The notes below the pieces were generated by a model. That model saw nothing but the letters and a program-made list of their open reading frames with translations, was not told where the DNA came from and ran no database searches. From sequence record DRR378314_1459: DNA of 35,509 nucleotides; one strand, given 5' to 3'. The translations under genes were made by a program, and so were the position numbers. This document shows, in pieces, positions 1 through 8,579 of the stretch (position 1 is the first letter of the stretch; each line of letters begins with the position of its first letter).

Positions 1-1500
1 TCGGTGAGCGGGTTGCTGCCGCCCAGGCCGCCGAGCATGTCCTGGATGTTGCCCAGGTTCTGGCCGGCTTCGGTCAGACACTCGATCGGGGTGGTCGGGC
101 CGATTTCACCGGCACCGGCTTCCGGGCACAGCTGGCCCAGCAGCTGCTCACCGCCGGGAAGTTCCGGGGTGCCGCCGTCACCGCCGGGCAGCGGCACGCC
201 GCCGGGCAGACCTTCCAGGGCTTCCATGAAGCAGGCCGCCGGATCCAGACCTTCCTCGGACGTCACCGGGCACAGGGCGTCGGTCAGCGGGTTGCCGCCT
301 TCCAGACCACCGTCGGCGAGACCGCCGAGCAGACCTTCGAGGTCGCCGAAGCCGCCGCCCAGTTCCAGCAGGCAGTCGAACGGCGTGGTGGGGCCGATTT
401 CCTCGCCCGCGGCCACCGGACAGATTTGCTCCAGAGCCATGCCGGCGCCGGGAATCTGCGGGGAGCCACCACCCGGTGCGGAGGGCAGCTGACCGGCCGC
501 TTCGGTGAAGCAGGCCGCCGGGTCAAAGCTTTCCGCCGTGGCGGCGGTAGGGCACAGGGCTTCGGTGAGCGGGTTGCTGCCGCCGAGGCCGCCGAGCAGG
601 TCTTCGAAACCGCCGAAGCTGCCGCCGGCTTCCGCCAGACAGTCGATCGGGGTGGTCGGGCCGACTTCGGCTTCCAGGGTCTCCGGGCAGATGCCGGACA
701 GCGCGTCGGTCAGCTGATCCAGACCGGGAACGTCCGGCGTACCGCCGTCGCCACCGTCACCGCCGCCGGGCAGACCGGGCAGATCACCCAGACCGGGCAG
801 GCCGGGCATGCCGCCACCGCTCACGGCTTCCTCGAAACACACCACCGGATCCACGCGCCCGGTGCCGGCTTCCAGCGGACAAACGGCGTCGGTGAGCGGG
901 TTCGGGTTGGTGATCATGTCGACAATGGTGATGTAGACACGGCTGGCTTCGTTGAGACAGTTCAGCGGGGTCTCCGGGCCGACACCGGCACCGGCGCTTT
1001 CCGGGCAGAACTGGTTCAGGAACTGGTCGGCACCGGGCACGCTGCCGCCGCCGTCACCGCCACCGGGCAGGCCGGGCAGGCCGCCATTGGCGCCGCCGGT
1101 CACTTCCGCGAAACAGGTGGCCGGGTCAAAGGACGGCTCGGTGGCCGCCACCGGGCACAGCTGCTCGGTGATCGGGTTGCTGCCGCCGATCAGCTCCTGC
1201 AGGCCGTCCAGGTTGGTGGCCGATTCCTGCAGACAGGCGATCGGGAACGACAGCGGGCCGTCGGTCAGGAAGCCGGCCGGATCGTCGAAGCCTTCGGTGA
1301 AGGCCGCCGGATCGAAGGCGCCTTCCAGATCGAACGAGGACGCCGCGGTGGGACAGAACTGAGCGACCACGTCGGTGGGATCCGGCGCGCCGCCTTCGGA
1401 TTCTTCGCTTTCCTCGACGCAAAGAACCGGATCAAGCGGCGTGCCGGCGGCCCCTTCCGAGGTCTCCGGGCAGAATTCTTCGGTAAAGGCGTTGGACTCG
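1..1500 (-). repeat. Coding tandem repeat, ~280-330 bp (~95-110 aa) units, about 5 units in window
   Basis: The NP(L/I)T motif recurs near 1, 281, 562, 888 and 1166. Positions 1-41 and 562-602 differ at only 2 nt. Each unit is module A (NPLT(D/E)xxCP-x7/8-DPxxCFxE) plus a Gly/Pro linker plus module B (CPx...GP(T/E)TP(I/L/F)xCLxE). Confidence 0.85.
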
Positions 1501-1655
1501 TCCACGACCGCCGCCATTTCTTCCGGCAGGTCACGGGTTGAGGGCGTCGGCGAATTGCCGGAGACGTCACCGCCCCCGCTGCTTCCGCCGCCGCAGGCGG
1601 TCAGCAGCAGCGCGAGCACGCCACCACCGATGAGATGTTTGATGTTGGTATCCAA
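1..1655 (-). CDS. Large acidic Cys-pair repeat lipoprotein (3' end outside window; >551 aa); not in the ORF track
   Basis: My manual translation: SD GGGAGGGG, then TTG at 1655, MDTNIKHLIGGGVLALLLTA|CGGGSSGGG (lipobox LTAC, Gly/Ser tether). The frame stays open to position 1 and contains 10 complete CP..C modules. Confidence 0.88.
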   Translation of the reverse strand, partial: MDTNIKHLIGGGVLALLLTACGGGSSGGGDVSGNSPTPSTRDLPEEMAAVVDESNAFTEEFCPETSEGAAGTPLDPVLCVEESEESEGGAPDPTDVVAQFCPTAASSFDLEGAFDPAAFTEGFDDPAGFLTDGPLSFPIACLQESATNLDGLQELIGGSNPITEQLCPVAATEPSFDPATCFAEVTGGANGGLPGLPGGGDGGGSVPGADQFLNQFCPESAGAGVGPETPLNCLNEASRVYITIVDMITNPNPLTDAVCPLEAGTGRVDPVVCFEEAVSGGGMPGLPGLGDLPGLPGGGDGGDGGTPDVPGLDQLTDALSGICPETLEAEVGPTTPIDCLAEAGGSFGGFEDLLGGLGGSNPLTEALCPTAATAESFDPAACFTEAAGQLPSAPGGGSPQIPGAGMALEQICPVAAGEEIGPTTPFDCLLELGGGFGDLEGLLGGLADGGLEGGNPLTDALCPVTSEEGLDPAACFMEALEGLPGGVPLPGGDGGTPELPGGEQLLGQLCPEAGAGEIGPTTPIECLTEAGQNLGNIQDMLGGLGGSNPLT

Positions 1656-1872
1656 GGTTTACCCCTCCCTTTTTACTTCTTAGTCGCTAGGCCCCCGAAA
1701 TGGAGACTGACTTTGCGACTATGGAAGGGGTGTGCAAAGCGATGCAGATGCACGCCGTTGCGGGTATGTAATAAAGCGTAGCGGTGGTAATCGAACGGTT
1801 ATCCGGCACGACTCCCGGAAACCTTTGTTTACCGGAGAAGCGCCCGAGGGTACGGCCGTGCCAGCACCGCGG

Positions 1873-2730
1873 CTAGCGTGGCGCCGGCACCATGGTGTCC
1901 AGCACGCGAAGGAAGGTGGCGGGTTCCGGGCGCACCCGGTAATTGTCGGCCAGGTCCACGTAGCAGATCTCGCCACGGGCGTCGGTGATCAACACCGTGG
2001 GCAGCACCGTGTCCGAGGGGTAGCCGAACAGCTCCAGGCCCAGGGGCGTGCCCCCGGGGTCGAGGATGCGCAGTTGCCGGGCGGCGTCCAGTTGCGGGTC
2101 CACCCACCACTCCATCGGCACGCCCAGGCGCGCGGCGAGCCGCCCGGTGCGGGCGCCGGGCTGAGCGCTGACCAGGATAATGCGGGCACCGCGCCGTTCC
2201 AGTTGCGGGCGACGCCGGGCCAGCTCGCGCACCTGGGCCATGCACACCGGGCACCAGTTGCCACGGAAAAACAGCATCACCGCCGGCGCCCCGTGCAGCG
2301 AGGTGGTGGACACCGGCCGCCCCTCCAGATCCCGGAACGCCAGCGGCGGCAGCAACTGGCCGGGCCGCGGGCCGTCGGCGGCGTCGCGCTGCAGGGGGCT
2401 GTACCAGAACAGGTAGGCGCAAAGGCCGAGCAGGCCCAGCCCGGTGTACAACCAGGCCAGCCAGCGGGGATCGCCGAGCGATAAGGTACCCAGCAGGGTC
2501 ACCGCCGCGCCCAGCCAGGCGCACAGGGTGGCCAGCGGCAAGTGCGGGCTGGTGCGCGCCGGCCCCAGGCTGACCAGCCAGCCCAGCAACACCAGAATCG
2601 GCACGTTGACCAGCAGCGGGCCGGCCCACAGCCAATGCCGGTCCTGCCAGCCCAGCCACAGGGCATGGGCACAGATAAACAACGAGGCGAATGGGTACAA
2701 CGAAATGAACAACGCTTTGACGCGCGCCAT
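1873..2730 (-). CDS. Membrane-anchored peroxiredoxin-like (AhpC/TSA, thioredoxin-fold) protein
   Basis: About 4 N-terminal hydrophobic helices, then FFRGNWCPVC (CxxC), ILVSAQP, LPTVLITD and DNYRVRPEP, typical of PRX-like redoxins. Confidence 0.8.
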   Translation of the reverse strand: MARVKALFISLYPFASLFICAHALWLGWQDRHWLWAGPLLVNVPILVLLGWLVSLGPARTSPHLPLATLCAWLGAAVTLLGTLSLGDPRWLAWLYTGLGLLGLCAYLFWYSPLQRDAADGPRPGQLLPPLAFRDLEGRPVSTTSLHGAPAVMLFFRGNWCPVCMAQVRELARRRPQLERRGARIILVSAQPGARTGRLAARLGVPMEWWVDPQLDAARQLRILDPGGTPLGLELFGYPSDTVLPTVLITDARGEICYVDLADNYRVRPEPATFLRVLDTMVPAPR

Positions 2731-2856
2731 GATCCCCCCTCAAGCGGTGCGGTACAGCAGACGGCTTTTTATTCGTATATAAAACAGAGACTAAGTGGTC
2801 AACGGACGATGGACAAGACAGAATAGCGTTCTCGCAATGTCCCGGCCCGAGGTTCC

Positions 2857-3696
2857 ATGAGTTCGGATTCCGTTTCCCTGCGCGATCGCTGGCGCCACAT
2901 CATTTTCGGCACCGATACGCCGGCAGGGCAATATTTTGATCAGCTGCTGATCGTCGCCATTCTCGCCAGCGTCGCGGCGGTGATGCTCGACAGCGTGCAG
3001 TCCATCCATCAGCAATACGGCACCTGGCTGTACGGCGCGGAATGGTTCTTTACGCTGCTGTTCACCTTTGAGTACATGATCCGCCTGTGGGTCAGCGACC
3101 GGCCGCTGCGTTACGCGCGCAGCTTTTTCGGGGTGGTGGATCTTCTGTCGATTGTTCCCACTTACCTGAGCCTGTTTCTGCCGGGCGCCAACTACCTGCT
3201 CACCATCCGCGCGCTGCGCGTATTGCGAGTGTTCCGGGTGCTCAAGCTGGCCCACCTGATGACCGAGGCCAACGAGCTCGGCGCCACCCTGGTGCGCACC
3301 CGCCGCAAGATCGGCATCTTCATGTTTTCGGTGGTGATCGTGATCATCATCTTCGGCAGCCTGATGTACCTGGTGGAGGGGCCGGCCAACGGTTTCACCA
3401 GCATTCCACGCAGCATCTACTGGGCCATCGTCACCATCACCACGGTGGGCTACGGCGATATTTCCCCGCAAACCTCGCTGGGCCAGGCGGTGGCGTCCAT
3501 GGCGATGATCACCGGTTACGCCATCATCGCCGTGCCCACCGGCATCGTCACCGCAGAAATGTCCAAGGCGAGCATGGCCCGGCGCTACGAGCGCGAGTGC
3601 CCCAACTGCCACCGCCATGACCATGATCCGGACGCCCGCTTCTGCAAGCAGTGCGGCACCGGCCTGCCCAAGCCCGGACAGGAAGACGCGGGCTAG
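2857..3696 (+). CDS. Voltage-gated-type K+ channel (ion transporter) with C-terminal zinc ribbon
   Basis: S4-like IRALRVLRVFRVLKL, pore filter TITTVGYGD, C-terminal CPNC..CKQC. Confidence 0.92.
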   Translation: MSSDSVSLRDRWRHIIFGTDTPAGQYFDQLLIVAILASVAAVMLDSVQSIHQQYGTWLYGAEWFFTLLFTFEYMIRLWVSDRPLRYARSFFGVVDLLSIVPTYLSLFLPGANYLLTIRALRVLRVFRVLKLAHLMTEANELGATLVRTRRKIGIFMFSVVIVIIIFGSLMYLVEGPANGFTSIPRSIYWAIVTITTVGYGDISPQTSLGQAVASMAMITGYAIIAVPTGIVTAEMSKASMARRYERECPNCHRHDHDPDARFCKQCGTGLPKPGQEDAG

Positions 3697-4253
3697 AGCG
3701 CGCCGAGCTCGAAGGTTTCGCCGTCGGAATCCACCACCAGACGGGCGCCGCCGCCCTGCTCTTCGCGGCGCGCCCAGTCCACCAGCTGATAAAAGATATT
3801 GCGCGAAATCAGCGCTTCCAGGTTGTCGCGCACGTGCACGTAGGGCGCCGGCTCGCCGCTGTCGGCGTCGGTCTCCACCCGTAACGGATGGCGCGCGCCC
3901 GCCACCACATGGGTCCTCACATTGGTGGTGAACACCAGCTTCTCGCGGTCGCCGTCGGTGACGCGCTCCACGTCGGTGGCGACAAAGGGGGCGTCATCCA
4001 CCTTGATGCGCAGCTTTTCCACCGGCGTGACCAGAAAATAGTCGTCGCCTTCGCGCAGCAGAATGGTGGAGAACAGCTTGACCATGCGCTCGCGCTGAAT
4101 CGGCGATTCCTGGTAATACCAGGTGCCGTCGCGGGCGATGCGCATATCGATATCGTCCTGGCGTTCCGGCTGCCATTTGTGCACCGGGGGCAGCCCCTGT
4201 TCGTCCTGGTCGGCTTTTTCCAGCAGCGCCAGTAATTCCTCGGCTTTGCTCAT
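3693..4253 (-). CDS. DUF1285 family protein
   Basis: LPPVHKWQP..DIDMRIARDGTWYY..LVTPVEK..IKVDDAPF..PYVHVRDNLEALISR signature. Confidence 0.85.
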   Translation of the reverse strand: MSKAEELLALLEKADQDEQGLPPVHKWQPERQDDIDMRIARDGTWYYQESPIQRERMVKLFSTILLREGDDYFLVTPVEKLRIKVDDAPFVATDVERVTDGDREKLVFTTNVRTHVVAGARHPLRVETDADSGEPAPYVHVRDNLEALISRNIFYQLVDWARREEQGGGARLVVDSDGETFELGAL

Positions 4254-4262
4254 CGAAGTTCC

Positions 4263-4895
4263 TTATTTGCCGCGCTGGCCCTTGTTGCCCATGCGGATGC
4301 CGATCTCGATCAGGAAATCGAGAAAGTCGTCCTTGTCCTCGATCAGCCGCTGATAGAACGGCGACTGCATCAGCGCAACGGCGCCATGCGCCAGAGCCCA
4401 GGCGGAGCAGATATGGTAGATGGCGGGCACCGGCTCCAGGGAACCTTCCTGGATCCGGGCCTCGACGATGTGGTTGAGCTTCTCGAAATTGGCTTCGCGG
4501 ATGCGGTGCAGTTTGTCCACCAGCTCGGGCACGGCGTGATCCTTGATCACTTTGTTTTCCAGCCGGTCGAACAACTGGTAGCGGGCCGGATCGCTGATCC
4601 GGAAACGGAAGTATTCGCGCGCCAGGGTTTCCTTGTCGTCGGATTCGGAGATGTCCTGGAACAGCGACGCCAGATCCTCCTCGTAACGAAGCATCAACAG
4701 CAGGTAGATCTGGTTCTTGGTCTCGAAGTGCTTGTAGATGGTGCCCTTGCCGATGCCCACCCGGTCGGCGATGTTCTCCACCGTGACGCGGTCCTCGCCC
4801 TGCTCCAGAAACAGAATCAGTGCGGCGTCCAGAATTTCCTGCTCGCGCTGCCGGAATTCCTGCGCCTTACGCGTGGCTTTTTCCAAGTCACCCAT
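4263..4895 (-). CDS. TetR/AcrR family transcriptional regulator
   Basis: N-terminal HTH EILDAALILF..VTVENIADRVGIGKGTIYKHF; SD GAGGAGG upstream. Confidence 0.93.
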   Translation of the reverse strand: MGDLEKATRKAQEFRQREQEILDAALILFLEQGEDRVTVENIADRVGIGKGTIYKHFETKNQIYLLLMLRYEEDLASLFQDISESDDKETLAREYFRFRISDPARYQLFDRLENKVIKDHAVPELVDKLHRIREANFEKLNHIVEARIQEGSLEPVPAIYHICSAWALAHGAVALMQSPFYQRLIEDKDDFLDFLIEIGIRMGNKGQRGK

Positions 4896-4997
4896 CTATA
4901 CCTCCTCGTTTATGGGCTAGATTATCATAACCACGCCCTCTGCACGTTACCTACAGGGCGGTTACAATCAAGTGAGCTTTGTGGAGGAGCACTGGCA

Positions 4998-6107
4998 ATG
5001 GTCGACCTGAAAGCGGAATTCCCGTTGCACCAAGACGTGCTGTATCTCAACCACGCCGCCGTGGCCCCCTGGCCCCGCCGTACCCGCGACGCGGTGGTCG
5101 CCTTCGCCGACCAGAATATCCAGGTGGGCGCCCGGGACTACCCGCAATGGGCCGGCGTGGAGCAACGTCTGCGCGACCGCCTGGGCTGGCTGATCAACGT
5201 GGCGCCGGCGGACGTGGCGCTGCTCAAGAATACCTCCGAAGGGCTGTCGGTGATCGCCCAGGGGCTGGACTGGCGCGCCGGCGATCAGGTGGTGATCAGC
5301 GATCAGGAGTTCCCGTCCAACCGGATTCCCTGGCAGGCCCTGGCCGACCAGGGCGTGGAAGTGGTGGAAGTGGACGTCAGCGGCACGGACGCCGAGCAGC
5401 GGGTGATCGACGCGATCGGCGAACGCACCCGTCTGGTATCGCTGTCGTCGGTGCAGTACGGCAGCGGTATCCGCCTGAACCTGGCGCCGATCGGCCGCGC
5501 CTGCCGGGACAGCGGCGTGCTGTTCTGCGTGGATGCGATCCAGAGCCTGGGTGCGGTGCGCTTCGACAGCGGCGAGGTGTACGCGGATTTCGTGGTCGCC
5601 GACGGCCATAAATGGATGCTCGGCCCGGAGGGCCTGGCGCTGTTCTACTGCCGGCCGGCGGTGCGCGAGCGCCTGCGGTTGCGGCAATTCGGCTGGCATA
5701 TGATCGCCAACGCCGGCGACTACAGCCAGACCGGCTGGCGGGTGGCCGAGGACGCGCGCCGCTTTGAATGCGGCAGCCCGAATATGCTCGGCGCCCATGC
5801 CCTGGACGCGTCCCTCTCTCTGTTTCAGGAACTGGGCATGGACACCGTGGCCCGGGCCCTGGCGGAGCGAATCAGCTATCTGGACAGCGCCCTGCGCGAC
5901 CGCGGCGCCGAGGTGCTCAGCCCGGCGCAGGCGGAGCGGCGCGCCGGCATCGTCACCTTCCGGCTGATGGACGAGGCCCCCGCGGACACCCGGGCGCGGC
6001 TGCAGGCCGGCGGCGTGGTGTGCGCGGAACGGGGCGGCGGCGTGCGTTTCTCGCCGCACTTCTATACTGACTATTCGGTCATGGATCGCGCGGTGGCGCT
6101 ACTGTAG
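4998..6107 (+). CDS. Class V PLP-dependent aminotransferase / cysteine-desulfurase-like enzyme
   Basis: Start reassigned to ATG 4998 after SD GGAGGAG. Motifs YLNHAAVAP, NTSEG, EFPSN, DAIQSLG, PLP-Lys ADGHKWMLGP, RFSPHFY. Confidence 0.9.
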   Translation: MVDLKAEFPLHQDVLYLNHAAVAPWPRRTRDAVVAFADQNIQVGARDYPQWAGVEQRLRDRLGWLINVAPADVALLKNTSEGLSVIAQGLDWRAGDQVVISDQEFPSNRIPWQALADQGVEVVEVDVSGTDAEQRVIDAIGERTRLVSLSSVQYGSGIRLNLAPIGRACRDSGVLFCVDAIQSLGAVRFDSGEVYADFVVADGHKWMLGPEGLALFYCRPAVRERLRLRQFGWHMIANAGDYSQTGWRVAEDARRFECGSPNMLGAHALDASLSLFQELGMDTVARALAERISYLDSALRDRGAEVLSPAQAERRAGIVTFRLMDEAPADTRARLQAGGVVCAERGGGVRFSPHFYTDYSVMDRAVALL

Positions 6108-6116
6108 GATCACGCC

Positions 6117-6944
6117 ATGAATTCCCAGCGACTCTACCAATGGCTCTGTGAACGTCTCCAGCGGCAACCGGACCACTCCGACTGGCCGCTCGGCGACCTG
6201 GAAAGCCAGCGCGCCCAGCTGCGCCCCTGCGATGTGCTGCTGGTGGACGGCGACAGCCCTCTGGACCGCCGTCTGAAGGTGCTCACCGGCAGCCGCTTTT
6301 CACGGGTGCTGCTGTACATCGGCCGTCCCCATGAAGTGGCGGACCCGGCCCTGCGCTCGCTGCTGGCGGACTACCTGCCCTGCCGGCCGGACACCCAGCT
6401 GGTGCTGGACGCCAGCCTGGAGCGCGGGCTCTGCGTTCGCGACCTGAGCAACCTCCACGATCTGCACCTGCGGGTTTGCCGGGCACAGAATCTGTCCGAG
6501 GCGGAATGCCAGGACGCGTTGCGCTTCGCCATCAGCCGCGTGGGCACCGGCACCCAGCACACCTGGAGCACCCTGGCGCTGCTGTGGTTGCTGCCCTGGC
6601 GCACCCTGGCGCGCCACGCCCGCCGGCGGCTGCTCAACCGCTGGGCCAACGATCTGTTGCGGGCCATCGCCGGCACCGCCGTGGGCGAGGCCTTCGCCTT
6701 TATCCAGTTCCCGGTGCACCCGCTGGTCAAAGAGCCCGGCGATGCGGGCACCCGGCTGCTGCGCCTGCAGCCCCGGGTGTTCCACGCCGCCGACTTCGAT
6801 CACTCGCCCTACTTCGACGTGATCAAGGCGCCCTACCTGCTCGACAAAGTGCCCACCGGCTTCGGCGCCCTGCCCTGGAAAGGCAACGCCGGCGCCCTGG
6901 CGCCGGAGCAGCGTAAACGTCACTTATCCGTGGTGGACGGCTAG
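6117..6944 (+). CDS. Permuted papain-like NlpC/P60 (YiiX/YebB-like) family protein, probably catalytically inactive
   Basis: LRPCDVLLVDG..LK.LTGSRFSRVLLYIG and DFDHSPYFDVIK resemble family motifs as I recall them; the expected catalytic His and Cys positions are substituted. Confidence 0.6.
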   Translation: MNSQRLYQWLCERLQRQPDHSDWPLGDLESQRAQLRPCDVLLVDGDSPLDRRLKVLTGSRFSRVLLYIGRPHEVADPALRSLLADYLPCRPDTQLVLDASLERGLCVRDLSNLHDLHLRVCRAQNLSEAECQDALRFAISRVGTGTQHTWSTLALLWLLPWRTLARHARRRLLNRWANDLLRAIAGTAVGEAFAFIQFPVHPLVKEPGDAGTRLLRLQPRVFHAADFDHSPYFDVIKAPYLLDKVPTGFGALPWKGNAGALAPEQRKRHLSVVDG

Positions 6945-8579
6945 CCCCGGCCGCCGCCCGCCGCGCGCCAGACCCGCCAGCACCAGCAGAGCCAGCCAGC
7001 CCCAGCCACCGGCACCACCGCCGCCACCACCGCCACCGGACCCGCCGGTGTCGCCGCCACGGCTGCTTTCCTGGCCGGCCGCCGCCGGGGTCACGAAGGC
7101 GCGGGTATCACCGGCCGGGAAGTCACCGTTGGCGGCGCCCGCGTCCAGGAATACCCGGCCGCTGCCCTCGCCGGTCAGCGCCAGGCTCAGGGTGCGGCTT
7201 TCACCGCGCCCCAGGTCGCCCAGGTCGCAACGCACCGGCTGGGTGTCGGTGCAACCCGCGGGCAGACTGTCGTAATCCCAGCCGGCCGGGACCTGAAAGC
7301 TCGCCCAGGCGTTATAGGCGTCGCGATGCTGCGCTTGGTTGGTGATCTCCGCGCGGATCGAAACGGTGCCGCCGCTACGGGTGGCGGTGGCCTCCAGTGT
7401 CATGTCCGGCACGTCGCTGAACACCGGTGAAAACTGCTCGGTGTCGGCGCTGTAATAGTCGTGGCTGTCGCTGATCGGGGTCACCGTGACCCGGTCGGTG
7501 AAGGTGCCGCCGTGGGTGGGGGTCAGCCACAGGCGGTGGCTGTGGCTGACCGCGCCGGTGGACAGTTCCGCCGCGCCCAGGCAGTCGGTGTAGCCGCTGC
7601 GGGCGGTGCACTGCAGATCGTCGGCGCTGACCCGCAAGCCGGCCTTGTGGTGGATCCGGATGCCCACCTGGCGGGCGTCGTTGACCTGGCTCAGGTTGCT
7701 GACCCGGGTGTCCATGGACAGCGCCCGCCCGGGGCCGGTGTAGAGGCTTTCGCCCTCGGATTCGCTGTGCAAATCCACCATGGCGCCGGAGGAGGTGCTC
7801 TCGATCCAGCCCAGATAGGCGCTCACCCGGGTGTAGACCGCCGGCACGCCGGACGCGCACCGCTCGGTGCCGTAGCTGGTGACGCCCACCAGCCAGGTGC
7901 GCCCGTCCTGCTGGAAGATCAGCGGCCCGCCGCTGTCGCCCCGGCAGGTGTCCTGGTTGGTGCCGTTCACCGGGTTTCTCTCGGCGGCGCAGATCTGTCC
8001 GGAGGTGAGACTGTTCCAGTAGGTGCTGCACTGCTGCGGCGACACGTAATCCAGACCGGCCTGCTGCAGGGTGTCGGACATGCTGCTGGTTTCGGTCTGC
8101 CCCCAACCCAGCGCCACCAGGGCCTCGTCCGAGGAACCGGCGCGCAACGCTTTCATCTCGTCCGCCTTGGCCAGGTCCAGGGGCTCCAGCCGGGAGGCCG
8201 AGGACAGCTCAAGCAGGGCCAGGTCGTTGTGGTACACGCCGGTGCGGTAGTGCTCGTGCACGCGCACCGAGCGCACCGCCAACCGTTCCGGGGCCTGCTC
8301 ATGGCGATTCAGGTGCCCGAGGGAGACATACAGGTCGCTGGCGGCGTAGTCGTCCACGCAGTGCGCGGCGGTGAGCACCCAGCGCGGCGCCACCAGGGCG
8401 CCGCCGCAGCGGGTGTACCCGTAACTGGCGCCGCCGATCTCGATTTCCGCCATCCAGCTGCGCGCCGTGGGGACCGGGTCCCCACCGATGATACGCGGCG
8501 TCATGGTGTCGTCCGCGCCGAACGCCACGCCGGAGAGAAGCCCTGAAGCCACAATGAATGAGATTATAAGATTACGCAT
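6924..8579 (-). CDS. Secreted trypsin-like S1 serine protease with C-terminal DUF11-like beta domains and GlyGly-CTERM anchor
   Basis: Sec signal; activation site PR|IIGG; triad TAAHC, NDLALL, DTCRGDSGGP; C-terminal GGSGGGGGGGGAGGWGWLALLVLAGLARGGRR. Confidence 0.92.
   Translation of the reverse strand: MRNLIISFIVASGLLSGVAFGADDTMTPRIIGGDPVPTARSWMAEIEIGGASYGYTRCGGALVAPRWVLTAAHCVDDYAASDLYVSLGHLNRHEQAPERLAVRSVRVHEHYRTGVYHNDLALLELSSASRLEPLDLAKADEMKALRAGSSDEALVALGWGQTETSSMSDTLQQAGLDYVSPQQCSTYWNSLTSGQICAAERNPVNGTNQDTCRGDSGGPLIFQQDGRTWLVGVTSYGTERCASGVPAVYTRVSAYLGWIESTSSGAMVDLHSESEGESLYTGPGRALSMDTRVSNLSQVNDARQVGIRIHHKAGLRVSADDLQCTARSGYTDCLGAAELSTGAVSHSHRLWLTPTHGGTFTDRVTVTPISDSHDYYSADTEQFSPVFSDVPDMTLEATATRSGGTVSIRAEITNQAQHRDAYNAWASFQVPAGWDYDSLPAGCTDTQPVRCDLGDLGRGESRTLSLALTGEGSGRVFLDAGAANGDFPAGDTRAFVTPAAAGQESSRGGDTGGSGGGGGGGGAGGWGWLALLVLAGLARGGRRPGLAVHHG

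Noticed and set aside
1-1500. Recurring ~25-40 nt sequences as a CRISPR array
   Set aside because: Spacing is ~280-330 nt, copies are degenerate and in frame in a CDS, and no cas genes are present.
4-1683. Plus-strand ORFs 4..492, 426..1541, 952..1362 and 1375..1683
   Set aside because: Antisense shadows of the minus-strand lipoprotein, which has an SD, a lipobox and coherent repeats.
1700-1770. Sigma-54 promoter upstream of the lipoprotein
   Set aside because: The best GG..GC candidate has 9-nt rather than the required 10-nt spacing.
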